DNA of 63,735 bases, filler included, from Platydemus manokwari (lineage: Eukaryota), in the NCBI GenBank assembly GCA_037951405.1. It is 6 parts of 6 records of this genome, joined end to end, with 100 filler letters (N's around TTAATTAATTAA, not from the genome) between each part and the next. Parts side by side here need not be neighbours in the genome. Positions count along the whole stretch, not along the records: positions 23,658 to 32,603 come from JBBMOY011324539.1; positions 32,704 to 46,555 come from JBBMOY011595853.1; 4 more parts are not named here. One strand, 5' to 3'. Below are positions 27,646-41,399 of this stretch, in pieces. The notes beneath the pieces are model-generated. The model was not told where the DNA came from. It searched no databases and worked only from the letters and a program-made list of their open reading frames with translations. The position numbers and the translations under genes are program-made. Each line of letters begins with the position of its first letter. The first letter of the stretch is position 1.

Positions 27646-29295
27646 TTATTTAATATTTTTCAAGTGAAGACAGCTTGTGAAAATCAATAATGTGTTATAT
27701 TAACTAATCAATGTTACTTCTTGTAATTATAATGGTTGATAACTTGATAGCAAAATGCACCGGTTGAAACACACACGCACACACACTTCACTGATTTACG
27801 ATTCAACAAGAGAAAATGCAGACAATCTGGCATTTCAGCATTGCTATGATTCTATAATGTCCATTAGTGGATTTGTTACATTCATACTTCTACTTTTCCA
27901 GCGGTTATTGCTTGGAAATTCGGGTAAATTTTTAAAAAAAAAGATTCCACTTCCTTCAGGAAAAAGTCGATATTATCATGATGAGATTTCTGTTGAATGG
28001 TTTTATTATTTTTGTCGTGTTGGTGATGGTCATTATGGGTACATATAATTTCTATCTGGAACGTTATTTTCAATTGATCTTTTCGATTTTCTTTAAGCTA
28101 TTTGATCATTAAATTTAATCATTCTAATAAGAACTTTAAAATCACAATCGATTTGACAATGATTAATGAGTTCAGAAAACAATTTTAAAACAAAATATAT
28201 GAAAAGGAAATTTATTTTTTAATGGTTTGATATCGTTATTATTATCGCATATTAAATAATTCTTGTTGAGGTTATTGAGAGCGGTATGTTTTATGCCTTA
28301 TTTATAATTAATTACCATTAATAAAAGATTTCAAAACTAAGATATTTCTATTGACTCTTTGAACTCGACAACTCTGAGACAATTACTCTGACTTCACAAC
28401 CAAACACGATTAAGCTCTTACAGATTTATTTATAGTACAACTGATTCCAAATGGTGTATGTAGTTAAAATTATCAACAGGATTATTATAATAAATAAGTA
28501 ACAACAAAACAGATAAGGTTATAATTTATATGGCAGATTATTCGATCGTTAGCAGTGACACAACTTGATAATTATGACAAATAATTAGCAGATTAGAGGG
28601 GTTTTGTCATATTTTTGTGACAATTTTATATTAATTGATAGTTTAGATGTGTTTCTATGGCCTTCCCGGTAAGAATCCTGACAATGATTCTATCGTTGGT
28701 TAGGCCTAATGTATATTACTAAACTTTCTTTATGTCTGAGTTTTGGATTTTAGTTTTATTTTAGCTTCTAGTTGAATTGGGTTTAGTCTAGAATACATGT
28801 ACAGATGGAGATAATTTATTCTGTTATTATATAATTAAAATAATTTATTATTATGAACAGGTGAATTAATAATTTATTATAAATAATATAGACCTTTAAA
28901 AAGTTATCTCTTTAATCAAAAGCTTTACGATACTTTATCTATAAAGTATTACTAAAATTGTGCTCACTGATTTGACGAAACGATCTCTTATGAGCTTCGA
29001 AAGATGATTTATTCGAATCTCGAATCGAAAATGGTTCCAATTCAAAATATATTCAATATATTTGGCGTAGATTTAATTTCGATTACTTTTAGCGGAAAAC
29101 CGAAATATATTATATATATACAGGCAAAAAAATTTCGTTTTTATCAGTAAGAAAAGATTTGAAGATCAAAGTTAAAATTTACAAGGTAGATCTTTCTTAG
29201 TAAAATTCAAGATTCAAGTTAAATGAGAATTTAAAAAGTTAAAATTTAAATTTAAATAAATCGATTAGAGTTGATTATATGATTTAGCCTGAAAG

Positions 29296-30110
29296 ATGAA
29301 GGCAAACCAATGCGACATAAATTTCATCGTTGTAATTTTAACACGAAAGAACTTTTCGGTTACCGAAATCCATCGCTTTCTCGTCGAAAGTTGGGAAGCA
29401 GATAACGTAGGAGGCCTTTTAAGAGTACAGCAGATTACCAAACAGTTTGCTGGAGAACAGCGAACACTTTTTAACCGAAAAAAAGGTTCAGGAAGACCAA
29501 GAACGAGCAATGCATAAGAGAATGTCATTATTGTGCGTAAAATGATTGAAGAAAATTGCCACTTAAGCAGTTTAGCCATTTCAAGAGTCACTGACATTAA
29601 AGAAACTAGTGCTCACCGCATATTGAAACAAGAACTTGGAAATAAGTCACTTTGTGCCAAATGGATTCCTCACATTCTGACGGATAATAAGAAGAATCAG
29701 AGTCACTTGTTGTCAAGAAATGTTGAATGTTTATTCGGTAATAGGGGATTAGAAAAAAATGAATTTAACGTCGAGACGTACCTCCAAAAGAATGAAACCA
29801 TGTTTAGATGAATGGCACAAGTGATCGTCCAACTATTGCTAAGCGGACAGTATCTGATCGAAAAGTTCTGATTGCTGTTGCCAGCAATTATGTAAAATCA
29901 CTCACGTATTTCAAAATTCTTCACGACGGTGGATCCATCAACGCTGAGAGATACCTATAATTCCTGCAGAATATGATTTTAAACTTTCAAACAAGATTAC
30001 CTGCTTGGGAAATGGTCATTCAGGATGACAATGCCAGACCTCATGCGACACAGTTAATTCGACTTTGGCTCGAAGAACATCACGTGTCTTTATTAAAGCA
30101 GCAACACTAG
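29296..30110 (+). mobile_element. Decayed mariner (Tc1/mariner) transposase pseudogene
   Basis: HTH region ending in GSGRPRT, an in-frame stop at 29515-29517, AKWIPHILT (mariner WVPHEL motif), GGSINAERYL*FL and IQDDNARPHA (HDNARPH motif, ~30019-30048). The frame is broken, and the sequence is truncated before the YSPDL/third-Asp region. TIRs were not identified. Confidence 0.9.
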
Positions 30111-32396
30111 CAATAGCTCCAATATGGTGCTATTTACAAGCATGAGAATAAATTCATGGATAAATAGATGAGTTCGTGAACAAATCAGTTTATGAAAACC
30201 AAAACAAAGCAAAACAAGAATCATTTTCATTCCAAACAAAATATCAGACAATTATGCCGTCTATTTCAGCAAATTTTCAAAAGATAAGTAATTATTCGAT
30301 ACATTGACAGTAATAAATCAAGCATAATTGTGAATTGTTATCTAATGTTAACATTTTATATATTGATTTTTCGATTGGGAATTTACAATAAAAGTCTGTC
30401 TCAATCAATATTTCGATTAAAACAAGAATAAATTAAAATAGTAAATGGCGTTCAAAGAATCCAATGTTGATGACGTAATAATATTACGAGATAATATTGG
30501 GAATAAATCGATGAATCTAATCCAAATCTAAACGACAGTCTATTCTAAAATTTATAATAATCAATATTTGATAAGCCCTGGATTTATATGGCGTGGTAGT
30601 GAAATTATGCAATATATCACATCTAGGTTGTACGAATATTTGGAGCAAAAATTGTTGGCTTCAATTCAGCAATTGATTTATGTATTTTTATTGAAAACCT
30701 TATTTCTAAATGACTGATATAACTTTAAAATATTCTACGGCTTTGCTACCAAATCAGATGATCTTCTTAAAAAACATATTGATTAGAAGTAGAAATTCAG
30801 ATATGTACAAATAATAAGTTATTGTGACATTAATCAATAAATTTCTTTGAAAGATGATAAATCATTTATTAAAAATGAGCTCAATATTAGAAAGAATAAA
30901 ACACAAATAATCAATAAAGATTAATTTCAACAATAACGACTAATCACGACGAAATAGAGGATCAAAATTATGGGGAAGACTATATTGCGATATTGCTTAC
31001 ACACTTCGTAAATTGTAGATGGGGTTGAACTTGTCATTATAGCCGGTTTAATGAACATCGATTCGATTATTATGAAATCAAGGTTTTGATTGGCTGTTTT
31101 ATTTCTTAATCGATTTTTTCATATAGCGGTCGTTGAATGTGCAAATTTTGTGTGTGTGTGTGTGTTTGTGGCTGTAAATTCATTATATCATTCATTACCT
31201 ACAAACGATACCGCAAGCAATTTCAGTTATTCTTTAGCTATATCGAAAATACTAAACATGATTTTAATGACATTCCAAAATATTATTATCGCAAACAGCT
31301 CTTTATTATCATTTATTTCTATTGAAAAATGAAAATTTAATAGACAACATTTTATAAGTACCTCTATTTTAAAATGTTTTTCTTTTCATTGATTTCGAAA
31401 ACAAGAGCTCATTATCCGTAATCTACACGATAATCGATGATTTAATGAAATAAAATGGATTTTTGATCTCCATGATTCTATTTCATAAATATCATTTGAA
31501 ATGATTAATACCCGATGATAGGATAACAAAAAAGGAATATATTAATTGATAAATATATGTCTGATTGATTCCACCAATACCAAATGATTATTTGTGATCA
31601 TGGAAATGTACCTATGGTTTTGGTAATAATATTGATATAATTATTCATAACTATTAGGAAAGATTAAAATATCTTTCAACCTAGAATTATTGTCATCGAA
31701 ATTATGCCTATGTTATTTTTAAATCTTTTGACACTCAAATTGTCCCTCGTGTATTTCAATTCCACATCAAATATCTGATCAATACGAATGACTCAGTAAG
31801 ACCTCCAATTTGCTGGTGACTCACTTTCGCTGGCCTTTGGATATCATGCAATACACGTCAGGTAAGATTTTATTTTTTATTACATTTACAAATTCATATC
31901 AACAAATTTTCGTTTAGTTTTCAATCTAGAGCCGATTACCGCGATATTGCATACACATTCGAACTCATTTAACATTACGAGGCTGAAAAATATTGATCAT
32001 AATCGAGAAAACCAATGAAAACTGATGAAAACAAGATAAAATTCAATTTAAAATCAAAAGAACAGGGGGTTTTTGTCGTTTTTTTATTATTTAGTGACGA
32101 TAGATATGACAATATATCGTTAGATGTTTCTTGCATATCGCATATTGATTTTTCTATAAGTCATTTCAAAAAGATCTTTAAAAATGATGATTTATTTTGT
32201 TTGGAATCTAAGCATGGAATTTATAGTTACGTTTATATTCTGTTGAATTTGCATAAAATAATAATTTATACCAATAGTATTTTTAATTTAATTGATATTG
32301 GTACACTGGATTCTTGGATTAGTATCATTTATAAAGGTAAATATTTTTATTCATCTTTTCAACCAATTAATGTTAACCGTGTTTGTTAAAATGATA

Positions 32397-32603
32397 TGAG
32401 CCCTTGATTATGAAAGTGATATAAATCATTTCAACCTTTCAAAACCAAATTTCAATTTAAAAATGGTAATAAATTTCACAATCACATTAAATGCTGATTT
32501 ACCGGTGCTAATTAATTGTCAAAATTTTTCATTCCATAATACACAAATATTTTTAATTCTTTAACATGCAAATCCCTTAATATCTCCAAACAAGAAATAT
32601 ATG
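32397..32603. mobile_element. MITE family A, inverted copy cut by the spacer
   Basis: Reverse complement of ~7367-7574 with scattered substitutions; begins with the TIR TGAGCCCTTGATTATGAAAGTGATATAAATCAT. Confidence 0.85.
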
Positions 32604-32703
32604 NNNNNNNNNNNNNNNNNNNNNNNNNNNNNNNNNNNNNNNNNNNNTTAATTAATTAANNNNNNNNNNNNNNNNNNNNNNNNNNNNNNNNNNNNNNNNN
32701 NNN
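32604..32703. other. Artificial contig spacer
   Basis: N44-TTAATTAATTAA-N44. Confidence 0.98.
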
Positions 32704-35335
32704 GATGGAAGCAGAATTCCATTTTGTTCAGCTTTGAGATTTATATACTGTTGGTGTGAGGAGTTGACGTCGATTAAATTATCAATCAATATATAAATAA
32801 TAATAATATATACAGCGTTGACGATAATACACAAGTACCATTTTATGTTTAAAGGGTTTTTATGGGTCTTTACAATAATAATAATTATTATTTTCCATAA
32901 CTCCAATTTCCATGCATTCCCCTTTCTGGATAGTTAATGCATAGACTTTTCATGTTTGCTTGATATTTTTCTATTAAAATTCCAGCGTCTATGTTTGGAA
33001 AATATTGATAAACTAAAGAATTAATACGTATAGTCATCCACAACACTACTAAAATTGATACATGGTTTTGTTAAAAACCCCAATTTACCTACCTCAGCTG
33101 CAATCAACATTAGGTGCTGATGTAATTATTCAATCACAAACAGCTAGAATTACTGACATTTTTTATAATACATTACAGTGTGAAGTAACTTATAATTTAA
33201 ATAATGGCTTAAGTTTCCTGAAGATAACATTTATTATTTATTAAAACCAATTAAAGTATTTTCATCTTTTTTCTGACAATCGATTCATGAATTGCCAAAG
33301 CGAATAGCTTCAGCCAAATTGGTTAAAATCGAAATCAATGAAAAGATTCAAATCATAATATAATATTTATATCTAGTATAGTATTAGAATATTTTAATTT
33401 ATTTTTTAAATATTTCAATTTGATATTTTAAGAAAAATGCTTAACTTTAGCTTTCTATTCTTTTGGGTTTTGTCAGTTTTGTCTAACTTATTGTGAATTT
33501 TTGAAACTGAATTTTGTAAAATATGTGTATATTTGATTAAACAAGTTTTTGATATTATACTTTGATATTTGAAGTTATTAAAGCATGGGATATGTCACAA
33601 CCGAGTCCGAAAAATCACAATCTAATCTCTGAGATAATTCTTCGAAGAGAGTAGAAACTGACTTTGATGACACACTTATTATCATCCAAACACGGATCCA
33701 TGAATTAAAAGCTGCATATGAGATCTTCATAATATTTTTATAAGCTTTCAAAAAGAAACATTATAAAACCCTATAGTAAATAAAAACAATGAAGAGATCA
33801 TTAGGATTATTGAGATTAAGATCTATTACTTTGGTATCAAATGAAAAGCTCTAGGTCAAATTTTCAAGTATTTTGGTGGATAACTGTGATGTATTCTATT
33901 GCTAGTCATTTGTTCTTAATACTGTCGACAGATTCAAAAACCATAGACCACTTCTGTGATTTTTGATCAATGTAAATCGAAGATCGTTTAAAATCACAAA
34001 TTCGAACCGAAAAATCATGATAAGAAACAAATAAATGAAAAATAATAATTAGAATGATAAATTATATTTACATTATATTACAAAAAAATTATTGACAATT
34101 TCTACATAATAATGGTTTAAATCATCGCTACTAACGAATTAGTGAATAGTATTAATGAAATCATAAAGTTAAAATACGAATATTATCCTAACGGAATGAT
34201 TGATAAACCTTGTAATTATCTTTGTAATTGATACTCAAAATAAATTAAACGAAATGAAAATTTAATCTTGTAGCAAAATGTGACTTCTTTCATAAATCGT
34301 GATATTATGAAGGATAATTTTTAACTGAGATCATTTATCATCATTTCATTACTTTGGATCGATTCTGGTTGGTTTTAACAGATAGCACAATACACAGAAG
34401 GACGAAAAGATAGAATCATCATACGAATAATTTAAGAGATTTTAAATACAAATCACCAAGTAGAAATCCAACTCTAACTAAAAAATGAAGAAAACTAAAC
34501 ACATTGAAAAAATTAAATAGAAAGTTATACACAAATAACAGTAATAAATTATTCTAATTCAATCCAAATATTAAAAAATGGAGATACATAAAAGAAATCA
34601 ACGACTTACTTAAACCAAAACTATCAGGATTAACAACAATTATATTTTCATATAAACGAACTGCTTGAGAGTTGATAAAATTTGGAATAAATTATTCCAC
34701 ATCGTGACAAATATATTCAGTATTGGAAATTTCTGTACATATTATTAGTAAAATAGCCATTTGGTCAAACCTTACGATTTAACAATGAGTTTTGTTCAGC
34801 ACTCTGTCTTTGGATGATAAAATATCAACTCCAATGGCCTTACTTACAATATGCCATAACAAGCTAATTCCAATATTAAGTGTCGTCATATATTGTTTAA
34901 ATTAATAAATTTAAACAAAATCTAAAGTATAGCGTGTTCAAAGTATTTTTACAAAAAAGTCGGAAATAGATTTGATCACTAATATATCAACAAAAAATTC
35001 ATATAATTAAATACAATTATTTACAGTATTAATTAATTATAAATATTTTCAATTTTAAATTTTTCCGATGGTGATTTCATTCAATTAAATTTTCATTCAT
35101 GACTTAAAATTTAAAGTGATAATAAAGGCATGGCAAAGTTAGATCATTTCAAGATAAAAAAATTATTTTCACCTGCTTCATACTTTTCTAAAAATCTCCC
35201 AACGAAGCCAAATGAAAATGAATTATAAAATGTACGAATTTAATTTCAAGCATTTTTAATAATTGATTAATTAAATAAATTTACTTGTTTAAAATTAAAA
35301 TTTGCAAATTTTACGCTGCTGACAGCTTATGTGGA

Positions 35336-37080
35336 ATGATGCATTTGAAGTTCGTTTTTCTATTTTTAGATTTTGAATCATGTATTTCCTACAATAAATT
35401 TATAATTTTATCGATTTATTTATTGATTATCTTTTTTGTCATAAAGAACTCATAATTTTATGTAAAACTTTAAATCAATAAATTAATTATTTTTCGATGA
35501 TTTTCCAGCAAGATTCATTGTAAATATCATCCAAATGCTAATCTTATAGAAGATTTTACTGCTGGTGATTTAATATGTCCAGTCTGTGGATTAGTTGTTG
35601 GTGACAGGTAAATATTGATTTTCATCTTAATAAAATATTTCTTGTAATATATTTAGAGTAATTGACTATAGTAGTGAATGGCGTTCATTTGCCAATGATG
35701 GGAATGGGGAAGACAGTTCAAGAGTTGGTGTCGTTGAAGACAGTATCAATTCAGAAGCTACCACGTCGATTACTATCAAATCATCATTTGATGCCCGTCA
35801 TCTCGATGAAAATGGTAATCAAAAGTTTAAAAATCGTGTCGCAGTATCTTCCACAGAACGTATGTTAGCTCAGTGTCGTAATCATATAAATACCATCGGT
35901 AGCAGGTTGAATGCAGATTCCAATACAAAAGTAATCCCAATACAAAAATAACAAATTTATTGATATAATATAATACAGAATCTAGCTATGATGATTGTGA
36001 AGAAATTAACAGGAATAAAAGAATTTAGCAGGAAGAATAAGGAAGACATTGCGTGTGCATGTTTGTTTTATGCTTTCCGTGAACAAAAAGTCGAAAGAAG
36101 TTTCAAAGGTTGCTTATTTTGTTCGAACAAAAAGCTTTCCATAACGGTTTTATATTAGAAGTCGTTTTTTAAATTTAATCAATATTTGGACTTGTATTCA
36201 TGAAGGGGTGTATTTAACTTTATCGTTCAAACAACGACCAAATCATTAATGAAAACTGAGTCCTGGTGATTTATCCAATGAAATTATTATTTGCACATAA
36301 CTGACGCAATGTTTTCAAATTATTTCATGATTGAGTAATCGATGATTAAATATGCTAATTTCGTTAATATGAGTCATCTTTGAATTAATCGATACTGATT
36401 GACGTTTTTTTTCATTGTTTGCAGACATTCAAATATTAAATATGGCGTTATATTTTGCTTATTAAAATGTTTACTTCAGGAATTGTTTAGGTTAGGGTTA
36501 AATTATTTATAATGAATAAATTTGGTACAGTTGTTTAAGGATTTTATTCGAAACATTAAAATCAAAAATTAATCATATTGATGAATATAGGTATTATTTA
36601 TACATTTAGAAATTTGTACCGTCAGTAAGTCTGCTGTGAAAGACATAGGAAAAACATTCAAGAGGATTATGGCTTCATTGGGAGTAGAAACTCAGACCTC
36701 TAATTTAACTGACCAAATGGCTCGATTTTGTGGCAATTTACATTTGAAAAATAAATTCATACCGAAATTGGCCGTGGATATAGTTAACGAGGCAAAGAAA
36801 TTTATTTTCAAGAAACCATCAACCATGATAGCTACTTCGATATATATGGCTAGTTTTCTTATGCAAGAAGAAATAACAAAGAAAAGTAAAGCCAGTTCAA
36901 TTTAATTTGAACTTCTTTGAAAATTGATTTCCATTTACAGGAATTTTCGAAGTTGTCGATGTGACTGAGAACACTATTTCATCAGCTTATAAACTTTTCT
37001 ACAAACACAGGCATACCATAGTTCCTGCTTCTGTGATGCCAAAATTACTGAGATCAATTAAGGATTTGCCAGAATCGTGA
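35336..37080 (+). CDS. GTF2B: Transcription initiation factor IIB family protein (divergent TFIIB), ~310 aa
   Basis: Exons 35336-35349 (tentative start exon, MMHLN), 35509-35607, 35657-35930, 35979-36108, 36610-36885 and 36941-37080 splice in frame (933 nt). Zn ribbon [30 protein letters not shown]; B-reader [14 protein letters not shown]...DSSRVG; cyclin folds [26 protein letters not shown]...IGKTFKRI and [10 protein letters not shown]...IATSIYMAS. Mostly missed by the ORF track because the exons are short. Confidence 0.92.
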
Positions 37081-39522
37081 AATTATTTTTATTTATTTGT
37101 GACTTTATCCGTGTCAAAATTTTTTTTTAATGTCATTTTATGTCTCAAAGGATGTGAACATTGTAAAATAATTTCCCCTCCCGGTTCGAATGTTTTATTC
37201 GTCTAAATTATTGTTAAACTGTCATTTTTCTTCAAGTAAAATGTCTTGTAATATTATCATTGATTTTAGAATATATCAGTTTTTTACAATAATAAAACAA
37301 ATGACTTTAGCGAGAAACTTAGAATTACCAGGTAATCATGATTTGATATTTGGGATTAATTTCAAAGGTTGCCAAACTTTACCAAAAATTTTACTAGCCT
37401 TATATTCCAGTAATGTTTAGATTGTAAATTCAGCTGAAACAACCACTAGAAATCCATTATTCATGTTACTTCAATAATCATGAAAAATAATTGTAGCGTT
37501 GGCCTTGAATCTTAGTGATATGATTGGTGGTTAAGTAGACCGAAAGAATTATTTTATTACAAAACTATGTTCAATATTATAGATTATGGTATATAACACA
37601 ATTTTCACCTAATTGAATTAAAATACCTGTGACAGTGTCGTATAGAATGTTAAAGTGCAAACAATGAAACTTGAAAACTGGAAACAACACAACAGAAAAT
37701 CTTCAAATAAATAAAGAGTAATAAATGCGGTAAAAGGAATAAGAAAAATCAAACTGACGGTATAAAATTTTTAATACCAGTTTTTTATGTGCCACAAATT
37801 AACATTGGCACGAAATTATTGCCATTATGCAACAGCAGAGATTTTTTTTCAGTATCGATTTTTCGTCGTTTGAAAAATTATTTAATTGAAAAACTTGCCT
37901 ATTGGTACACAGGTTGACCAAGAAATTGATTTCCTGCAAATCCAGAACCATTTTTCTTCCCAATTACGTATTTAGAATATTATTGAAGATGATATGTAAA
38001 CAAGTAAACTTTATTTTTCTTAAGGACAAATCTTTTTCGATAAGATCTTTTTATAAAATTTAATATGCATGTAAAATCACCACATCCTCTTTTTGTACTT
38101 TTATCATCAAAAAATATTGGATCTATTAGTGCGACACAAGTGGTATTGTTATTCTCTCTAGATTATTGGAGGCCATTTTGTTGTCTAAATCCTAATTTGA
38201 GTGTTTTAAATAACTTTGCTTAATATATTTTTTATGAATTCGTTTGTTTTATTTGATGTTTATTTTATATAATTTTTCAGGAATTTGATAATCTACATAT
38301 ACTCATTACATAATCTTAAACACAACTTCATCTCTTTGCAGTCAGATTTTAGGTAAATAACAGTTAAGTTGACAAACTGTTGACAAAATATTTGATTAGT
38401 AATTGATTAATTAACAATATTATTTTCGCTGCATAGTCAAAAGAGATACAACCTAAAGAAGGAAAAATCCAGGAGTCCAGAGGAAACAACAAAGACACCA
38501 AAAGGACGAAAGTTTGAAAATATAAATGATGTAGAAATTATTTAAAGTAAATAACATTAAATTTTCAGTGGTACAAAGATATTTTATGCATAATAATAAA
38601 TATCTTTGATTAGTGTTTCTAACAATAATATAATTGTGACTGTTCAAGATGAATTAAATATTCACGAATCAACAAATTGACTATTGTAATCTAAAACTAA
38701 AAAAATGATGATTTCAGTCTCTTAATGAAAAACTCTCCACGAAATATTTATAATGATAAAACTATAATAAATAGAGATGAGAAATATATCGTATCTCATA
38801 TAAAAATATAAGATTCCTAAATTTATTAAGAAGAATAGGACACGTCGTTCCTTTCAAAAGATGAGTCATACACAAAATTGAAATTCAATAGAAATAAATT
38901 ATTAGACAAACATAATTTGACAATTAAAAATATTTTTTGATGTAAATATATGAATGAAACTAATGAATTGGTAAATATTAAAGTTTTTGTCATTTTTTTC
39001 ACAAAACTCTTTAAAGGATAGCGGAGACACTTCAGATTTTCATGACTCGGCAGAGTTGTAAAAACATGGTGCGAACCACCGGTCTTGGACAAGAATCAGT
39101 AAAACAGGCACTGACTAATGATCCCTCAATTCAAGCTCTATCAAACGAGAGTAATAGTGACCCTTAACGAATATTAAGTTAGGGTTAGTAACAATAATAA
39201 TATCGTGATTCTCACACTGATGTATACTGTATCGATTTTTTACTTTATATATGTATCAATTTTATTTTTGATAGTTGATTATTAAGATATAAAAAAGTAA
39301 GAATAAAATATTTCAAAGTGATTATAAATAGTAAATCTGACATAATTATCTTTAAAAAAATTTTAAATCGATAAACAATGAAAAAGAGGATCCGATAATA
39401 AATTGGATTATAAATATTATTAAAAAATTGGTATAACATCATAATAATTTGTGCAATGAATTTGAGAAATATAGGAGTGATGAAATGAATAAATAAATAA
39501 TTACCAAGAGAAAACAAAAATC

Positions 39523-39523
39523 C

Positions 39524-39570
<47 letters not shown>
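39523..39570. repeat. (AAT)n microsatellite
   Basis: About 16 perfect AAT units. Confidence 0.95.
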
Positions 39571-39571
<1 letters not shown>

Positions 39572-41399
39572 GAAAAATCAAATGGATAATTGAAATGAGA
39601 AAAGTAAAAATAGGAGGAAGAGAAAGTAAGAGAGAAAGAAAAAAAAAACCAAGCATAAATTGATATGAGTCATGCACAAACAAAAAGAATAATCAGGCAT
39701 TGTAGAATTTAATAAGACAAATATTTCGGGTCAGTTGAAGAAATTTCATATTAATAAATAACGTTCATTTGACAAATCACACATACCGAAAATAATACAA
39801 AAAATGATGGCAAATAAGTGTGCTCTTAATTAAGACAGAGTGTGTAATGAACCTAGTTTTTATTTTATTTTTCGTCTCGCACAACTTTATTGATTGAAGA
39901 CAATAAGTGTGGCAATAGAGATATAACTTAATTAACAATTTCCATTTATGCAGTTTATCTTTATTTTTAAACTTGCTGATATAAATGATGATGATCAGCG
40001 TCAAAGCGTCTAGGATTCATATTCAATCAATAACCAACACATTTGATATACAAAGTTTTATTGATAAACAACACGAAAACAAATTGGCAATTAAATAATA
40101 AAAAATATTACATTTTATTTTATTACTACAATATATAAAGTACCATTTATTTTCTGTCATTTATTAATTATTCGTGCTTATTTTAAATATTACAAAGAGA
40201 AGTTTAAATACTATCTCTCTTGATTACGATTATGAATAAACTATGTGAATTATTTTCAAATAATTCAATACTATAATCCAATTATCAATCATCTTAGAGT
40301 GAGTTGGTAAAACACTCGGTAGGTCGAAAAATCCATGGAAATAACCCTCCAAGGAATGATACACAACTTCGATTACCGGACATGCCAATAGCCAATGAGA
40401 TTCTCCCTTCATATCAATCCATATTTAGAATTCAATAAACGATTAGTGAATATCAACAACCACCAATAAACTTAAAGTTTCACCAATGGCACAAAAGAAG
40501 TAAAAGAAATTGATATCAGATCGACGTTTGAAAAGTAAATGAATGAAAGGTAAAGTTCTGAGACATGAAGCGAACAAACACGATAACCCTATAAAGGGAA
40601 TTTAATTTCACGAGCATCTGTCTTTTTAGTAAGTAACTTTAACGTCACGAAAGGCAATAAAAATGTCTACTACCTTAACTAGCGACTAGATTTTTATAAA
40701 ATAAAGACTAGGGAATTCCGAGTTACTAAAGCAGCCTAGCACTATTAATATGCAGCATTATTTACATAAATAATTCAATTACTAAAAGAAAACAAACTAT
40801 TTAATTGAGTCATATTATAAGAATAATGGCTCATAAAGCCAAATGACGCAAAATCTATTCTCAAGCCCAGAACACAAACCAGCCATTCATCATTTGGCCG
40901 ATATGGTAGAAGGAGTTTCAACACAAAATTTAGGGCCTTTTAAGACTCTATGAACAAATAACAATTCGTGACACTCTAGCATCAATGTTTTCCTTTGTAC
41001 TTGCATATTTCTTATGTTCATGGCAATATCATAATCGGGAATAATCATATGTCAAGATAAACTCTCGAAAAATCAGCACACCCACCAGTATACCATACTA
41101 GTTGTAGAATACTTATATGTATTTGAATAATATAAAATATAAACTAATAAAAATAAAAAAATTTCAAAAACAAACATATTATTATTAAAAATTATTACTA
41201 AATATTACTAAAAAATAAAATTTTAGAGAAAGTTAAAATTTCAGGTATTATGTTTCAGTAAGAAGACTTCATAACTTTAATTCTGGATATTCAAAAAAAC
41301 ATCCAAAATAATATCTAACTTTACATTTCATTATTTTTGTTTGAGGTTTTAATCAGCCGATATCAAAATCTTTAATTTACTCTCATTTTGGACATATCC

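Noticed and set aside
32652-32906. 84-aa ORF
   Set aside because: Runs into the N spacer; an artefact.
39245-39683. Hydrophobic and poly-Tyr ORFs
   Set aside because: Products of AT-rich DNA and the (AAT)n microsatellite.
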